50,493 bases of DNA from Verrucomicrobiaceae bacterium (GTDB taxonomy: Bacteria > Verrucomicrobiota > Verrucomicrobiia > Verrucomicrobiales > Akkermansiaceae), in the NCBI GenBank assembly GCA_051252135.1, contig JBPOGH010000024.1:1-50493 (forward strand), read 5' to 3'. The position numbers were made by a program, and so were the translations under genes. Below the pieces are notes generated by a model that saw only the letters and a list, made by a program, of their open reading frames with translations, had not been told where the DNA came from and did no database searches. This document shows, piece after piece, positions 45,849-50,493 of the stretch. The first letter of the stretch is position 1; each line of letters starts with the position of its first letter.

Positions 45849-48476
45849 ATGAAAATTTCAGATCTACTAAAAAGCAATAACTCCATTAAATCCCTATCCA
45901 TAGGTCAGTTAGCTTCGGCGATGAATATCCAGACTGATAGCGAAGCAAGCTTCTGCATGCTTTTGGGGGCTGGCGCTTCCCGAAGTAGTGGGATTAAAAC
46001 TGGGCAGGAGATGGTCGAAGAATGGCGACTCAAAGCCTATCAGGAGCTGGCAGACGACGATACACCTCGCTCAGCGAAATACCAAATCGAATGGCTCGGA
46101 GACAACCAAAAGTGGTATGATGCAGCGAACGAATATGCATCTTTAGTCGAACACTGTTACCCAAATTCAAAAACAAGGCGCCGACTTTTTGAAAATGAAA
46201 TAAGTAAAGGAATCCCATCGATAGGGTACTCCTATCTTGTTCGCCTCGCCGAAAAGCGCTTTTTCTCTGCTGTGTTTACCACAAACTTCGACGATTTAGT
46301 GAACGAAGCATTTTATCAATTTTCAGCTGTAAGGCCAATAGTGTGCGCTCATGATTCCATCATCGATGATGTCAGCATAACCTCAGAAAGATCAAAAATA
46401 ATTAAACTTCACGGGGATTACCTTTTCAACAACATAAAAAATACAGATGATGAGTTGAAATCCCTAGAAGAAAACATCAGAAAAAAACTAGCCCAATTCT
46501 TGAATGAGTATGGTTTGGTCGTCTCGGGATATTCAGGAGGAGATGAGTCTGTGATGGACACCCTAAACAAACTAATTGATTCTGAATCAGGAGCCCTTCC
46601 CTATGGAATCTATTGGTGCATGAGACATAGTGACTGGGTGGGCCCCAAGCTAATGGAACTTTTGGTTAAAAAAAAGAAGGATGTATTCGTCGTCCTAGTT
46701 GACGGGTTTGATGAACTTCAAGCAGATCTATACTCAAGACTAATTGGCGACTCCACTCCATTCAATTCTAAAATCGCATCTGATCGAGCCACCAAAATAA
46801 TCACTAGCTACTTGGAAAATGAACAACTTAAATCATCAAATAACAAAGTCATCAAAAAACATCTAAGTGAATTGGAGAAGGAAGGAAACACATCCCTCAT
46901 AAATGATGTTTTAATGTCTCTAAACGAACAAAGCCTAGCATCATCTGGATTGAGTGATTCAGAACTTCTAACATTTTTTGAAATTGAAAAAATCCTGAAG
47001 TCTCGAGATCTACAAGGAGCTTCTGATCGTATCGAAATTGAATTAAAAAATACTGATAGCCGCCAATTCAAGGAACTACTACTCGAGCGAAAACTATCCT
47101 GCTCAGTAACCCTTCACAAAAAGGATTGCGCTACCGACGCTATCGACAAGTTAATGGAGCTTACACCTCAAAACTATTTTATAGAGTTGAGAAGAGTTGG
47201 TCTTTTGGATGACCGAAAGGAGCGTCTTAAATCATTAAAGAAATTAGTGGGTAAGTACCCTCATAGTATGGCTGTGAAAAACGCTCACGTCCAAGAATTA
47301 AAAGGAGCTTCTTTCGCTGGATACGGAGGGGATGGGACAATATCAAAAAAGCAGGTTATTGAAGAACTGGAAAATCTGTTCGCGATTAATCCCAGCATAA
47401 GAAATCCAGTCTTATTGGAGATTTTCAACATGCTGATAAAAAATAAAAAGTATGCTAAGTCTGGAGAGAAACGACTCAAGGAAATCGTAAACCTCTTTCT
47501 TCTTCAAGACCCGATTGGCCCCCAAACCATGTCAGTTCTGTCCACTTACTGTGAGGATTTGGGTGTCGATAAGCATGACAACAAATCACTCTTCGTCTAT
47601 TTGCTGAATTCGTTTCAAGATCATTTTCCGCGCCAAGAATCCTCTTATCTTCCGATAATTGTGGATGCTTGCTGTGATTGGAAAAAGTTCGCTCTTTTAA
47701 GAGATGTCTTAATTCAATGCGCTAGCAATGACGAGCTACAGCGCGACGAAGATTACATTACGACACTAATGGACGTCTACTACGACGTTTACCGAAACCT
47801 CGACGAAGCTATTATAATTGGTGAGAAATTTCTGGAAAGCAACAAGGGTAAGAGAGTCGAGCTAAAGCTTTTCGATCTTCATCTAGCCGACAAAAATTTC
47901 GAAAAATCTGGAACTCTTTTGAAGGGCCTTGAAGGAGCCATTTCTCTTAATAAGCAAATAGAAATGAGTGCTGAAATATTAGGTGAACAAGGTAACTATC
48001 AAGATGCCATCGACCTCATAAACTCGGTTCCAGATCGAAGAGATTTTGAAGAGAGATATCTAGCTTTAATTTCTTACTACAATCTTCAAATGGAAAAGTG
48101 GGATCTTGTTTATCATCTTTGTTCTAAATTTCTTCAAAAAAGATCGTCTTCAAGTGATTTTACACCGATACGGATTAACCACGAACTAGCACGAAAGAAT
48201 AGACCAAAGTCCGCGAAGGTCAAAAAAGTGAACTTGACCCATCTGCTTACAGAAAAGCAGGGGAAAATGACAAAGGCTGTAATTTACAACCTTCTAGATG
48301 ATACCGAGAAAACAAAATCGTCAATTAGAGAAGCAGTTGAGTCCAAATTTTCGGCAGGACCTTTGCTTCTGAAATGGCCCGCTATGAAGAACATGAGGGA
48401 ATATATTGAAGAGGTGATTGCAGAATTCGGCGGTTCGAAACGCTCTTTAGATAGCTTGGAATCCAAGGAGTCTTAA
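45849..48476 (+). CDS. SIR2-like (SIR2_2) domain protein with long helical/TPR-like C-terminus
   Basis: LLGAGASRSSGI, FTTNFDDL, IIKLHGD, VSGYSGGD, YWC; visibly AT-rich with non-host codon usage. Confidence 0.88.
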   Translation: MKISDLLKSNNSIKSLSIGQLASAMNIQTDSEASFCMLLGAGASRSSGIKTGQEMVEEWRLKAYQELADDDTPRSAKYQIEWLGDNQKWYDAANEYASLVEHCYPNSKTRRRLFENEISKGIPSIGYSYLVRLAEKRFFSAVFTTNFDDLVNEAFYQFSAVRPIVCAHDSIIDDVSITSERSKIIKLHGDYLFNNIKNTDDELKSLEENIRKKLAQFLNEYGLVVSGYSGGDESVMDTLNKLIDSESGALPYGIYWCMRHSDWVGPKLMELLVKKKKDVFVVLVDGFDELQADLYSRLIGDSTPFNSKIASDRATKIITSYLENEQLKSSNNKVIKKHLSELEKEGNTSLINDVLMSLNEQSLASSGLSDSELLTFFEIEKILKSRDLQGASDRIEIELKNTDSRQFKELLLERKLSCSVTLHKKDCATDAIDKLMELTPQNYFIELRRVGLLDDRKERLKSLKKLVGKYPHSMAVKNAHVQELKGASFAGYGGDGTISKKQVIEELENLFAINPSIRNPVLLEIFNMLIKNKKYAKSGEKRLKEIVNLFLLQDPIGPQTMSVLSTYCEDLGVDKHDNKSLFVYLLNSFQDHFPRQESSYLPIIVDACCDWKKFALLRDVLIQCASNDELQRDEDYITTLMDVYYDVYRNLDEAIIIGEKFLESNKGKRVELKLFDLHLADKNFEKSGTLLKGLEGAISLNKQIEMSAEILGEQGNYQDAIDLINSVPDRRDFEERYLALISYYNLQMEKWDLVYHLCSKFLQKRSSSSDFTPIRINHELARKNRPKSAKVKKVNLTHLLTEKQGKMTKAVIYNLLDDTEKTKSSIREAVESKFSAGPLLLKWPAMKNMREYIEEVIAEFGGSKRSLDSLESKES

Positions 48477-48695
48477 AGTTTGGATGACTCAGGGAAAAGT
48501 ATGCTGGGTATAGTGAAAAATGGAATCCTCACCGCGCCCCTAGCTGCAAGAACTATTCCTAGCATAAAAAAAGATCGAGTTCCCTATAGAATAAGGGTTT
48601 GAAGAGTCACAAGCTCCTATTTCTGCATCGCATTTCCTTTCCTCTCACCGCCTGCTCCACTCCTGCCACCGGCTTCATCACTGCGGATGAACCAT

Positions 48696-48777
48696 TTACC
48701 GCATCGCTTCGCGGAAGTGCTTTCGACACATCGCCACATACCGCTCGTTCCCGCCGATCACGACTTGCGACCCTTCC
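48696..48777 (-). pseudogene. Duplicated 3' fragment of tdk
   Basis: 75/82 nt identical to 49528-49609; encodes [26 protein letters not shown]. Confidence 0.9.
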
Positions 48778-48843
48778 AGTTATTTTTCTGACGCGGATGA
48801 GGTACACTGATCCACCTTCATCCAGAGGATCATGGCCTGAACC

Positions 48844-49155
48844 TCAGGCCTCCGGAAACTCTTGCGAATTGACATCTTGCTTGCTGCTCAGAACACGGAC
48901 GACGATGAGTTGAGCGTCAATCACGCGGAAATAGAAACAGCGACCACGGTAAGGCAAGCCTCGCAAGCCGGGACTCACGTCTTCACGAGGTGAGCCGCAC
49001 AGCCCCTTTCTGGCATGATCGTAGAGCTTTTCCGTGAGATCGCAAAGGAAGCGTTCAGCAGAAAGCGGGCTGGCTTTTTCATCCGCAATATAATCATAAA
49101 TGCTCCGAAGGTCTGCTTTCGCAGTGTCGGTGAGGACGAGCCGTAACGGGTTCAA
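48844..49155 (-). CDS. parE: Type II toxin, ParE/RelE family
   Basis: LVLTDTAKADLRSIYDYIA...SAERF...GLRG...YFRV...VVRVL. Confidence 0.85.
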   Translation of the reverse strand: MNPLRLVLTDTAKADLRSIYDYIADEKASPLSAERFLCDLTEKLYDHARKGLCGSPREDVSPGLRGLPYRGRCFYFRVIDAQLIVVRVLSSKQDVNSQEFPEA

Positions 49156-49164
49156 AGCGACTTC

Positions 49165-49419
49165 CTAATCAACGATTGCGGCGTAGAGAGATTCGGCGCT
49201 ATCATATTCATGGGTGCGTCCGGCTTGGAGATCAGCGTCACCTAAAGCAATATCCTGCCGAAGCTTTTCCAAGCGGAGACGGCGTTCCTCTTCTTGCCGT
49301 GCCATTTGAGCCAAGGCCGCGCGGTGCACTTCGCTGGCATTATTAAATAGGCCGGATGCGACCTGCGCTTTCACGAAATGATCGAGCGTGTCGGTTAAAT
49401 TAACGTTTTGTGTCGGCAT
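49165..49419 (-). CDS. parD: Type II antitoxin, ParD-like ribbon-helix-helix
   Basis: NVNLTDTLDHFVKAQVASGLFNNASEVHRAAL...LRQDIALGDADLQAGR; directly upstream of the ParE-like gene. Confidence 0.88.
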   Translation of the reverse strand: MPTQNVNLTDTLDHFVKAQVASGLFNNASEVHRAALAQMARQEEERRLRLEKLRQDIALGDADLQAGRTHEYDSAESLYAAIVD

Positions 49420-49444
49420 ATCTTGTTTCCTTAACGATGGAAGC

Positions 49445-49481
49445 AGTGTAGCACAAATTGGCAATGATTGTCAATTTTGTG
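49445..49481 (-). promoter_or_regulatory. parDE promoter with inverted-repeat operator
   Basis: Minus strand TTGACA (49474-49469) - 18 nt - TACACT (49450-49445) with TGn extension; inverted repeat CACAAATTGGCAAT-G-ATTGTCAATTTTGTG. Confidence 0.7.
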
Positions 49482-49527
49482 GATGAAGCCTTCACCAGCC
49501 AGCGACTCCATCAATGCAGACAAAACT

Positions 49528-50103
49528 CTACCGCATCGCTTCGCGGAAGTGCTTTCGACACATCGCGACATAGCGCTCATTCCCACCAATCTCGACTTGC
49601 GACCCTTCCTTGATTGCCTTCCCCTTCTCATCCGTGCGGAGATTCATCGTGGCCTTGCAGCCACAGTGGCAAATCGTCTTGAGCTCGGTGAGATTATCCG
49701 CCCATCCCAGCAAAGCCGCACTCCCGGGAAAAAGGTTCCCTTGAAAGTCGGTCCGGAGTCCGTAGCAAAGCACCGGGATATCCAGATCATCGGCCACCTG
49801 CGCCAGCTGCCCCACTTGCGGCCGCGTCAAAAACTGGGCTTCATCGATCAGCACACACGCAATGGCCGGATCAACCTCCCTTCCCTCGACAAGGGCATGC
49901 AAATCGTCGTCCTGATTGAAGGTCTCGGCCTCAGCTTCAAGCCCGATCCGGGAAGCAATTTTCCCAATCCCCGCCCGCTGGTCAATTTCCGGAGTCAACA
50001 GCAAGGTCCCCATCCCACGCTCCTGGTAGTTGTAACTCGATTGCAAGAGAGTCGTGCTCTTACCCGCATTCATCGCGGAGTAGTAAAAATAGAGTTTAGC
50101 CAT
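49528..50103 (-). CDS. tdk: Thymidine kinase
   Basis: [57 protein letters not shown]. Confidence 0.97.
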   Translation of the reverse strand: MAKLYFYYSAMNAGKSTTLLQSSYNYQERGMGTLLLTPEIDQRAGIGKIASRIGLEAEAETFNQDDDLHALVEGREVDPAIACVLIDEAQFLTRPQVGQLAQVADDLDIPVLCYGLRTDFQGNLFPGSAALLGWADNLTELKTICHCGCKATMNLRTDEKGKAIKEGSQVEIGGNERYVAMCRKHFREAMR

Positions 50104-50180
50104 AATCAGAACCGGAAGCGCCCCCCCCATGTTCCACGTTCCTATCCATCACTCAAGACCGAAGCCCTTCCCAAATCCCT

Positions 50181-50493
50181 CCTCAACCAAGCCAATATGG
50201 AGCGTTGCCTTCTAGGCTAACGTCCTCAACCCGGCCCCTTCAGAGTTCAAATCTCACTGTTCAAAGTTCACCTCCCCCCTCAACCAAGCCATTCCCAATT
50301 CCTAATTCAAAATCCCTAATTCTAAATTCCTAATTCTCCCCCTCTCCCCTCAACCATCCGCGTTAATCTGCGTAATCTGCGGATAAAAAAACTCCCCAAC
50401 CAAGCCCTTCAAAGCTCCACTGCCCACTGCCCACTGCCCACTGCCCACTGCCCACTGCCCACTGCCCACTGCCCACTGCCCACTGCCCACTGC
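50181..50493. repeat. Composite repeat array (same family as 44058-44545), ending in 11 or more CCACTGC copies
   Basis: REP unit at 50199, heptamer block, TTCCTAA-like heptamers, AATCTGCG repeats, perfect (CCACTGC)11 from 50417 to the window end. Confidence 0.9.

Noticed and set aside
48599..48913. Small ORFs 48599..48913 (+) and 48607..48807 (-)
   Set aside because: They overlap the tdk remnant and the parE end in non-coding frames and show no protein features.
44598..49500. Prophage or integrative element with its own recombinase
   Set aside because: No integrase, transposase or phage structural gene is recognisable in the window.

Overview
High-GC bacterial chromosomal segment, most likely Verrucomicrobiota (PVC superphylum). 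The taxon is inferred from gene content: DUF1553/DUF1501/DUF1552/DUF1592 proteins, PEP-CTERM proteins, a LamG-LTD-CotH protein and a PVC-type dehydrogenase. About 37 real CDSs are present. They cover PVC-specific secreted and redox proteins, carbohydrate enzymes (GH20, two GH32, DUF1080, xylonate dehydratase plus an FAH-family enzyme), housekeeping genes (ppk2, hisF, sua5, aroK, queG, tdk) and a small defence-like island (Fic, an AT-rich SIR2-TPR gene, ParDE). The + strand is extremely C-rich and G-poor whatever the gene orientation, which produces many spurious antisense ORFs. Best finding: the two minus-strand ORFs at 28671-32348 are in the same frame and separated by a single UGA, followed by a hairpin that fits the bacterial SECIS consensus. 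This suggests one 1225-aa secreted FG-GAP/ASPIC-UnbV/thioredoxin/TPR selenoprotein. Other notable items: a stand-alone SIR2 candidate anti-phage gene, a ParDE cassette bracketed by a duplicated tdk 3' end, a 217-bp MITE, a desaturase-HTTM-DCC-NlpC/P60 operon, tandem PEP-CTERM cassettes with a shared upstream motif, a GH32 lacking its acid/base Glu, and several intergenic repeat families. No rRNA, tRNA or CRISPR array was recognised. All family calls come from motif recognition by eye, not database searches.
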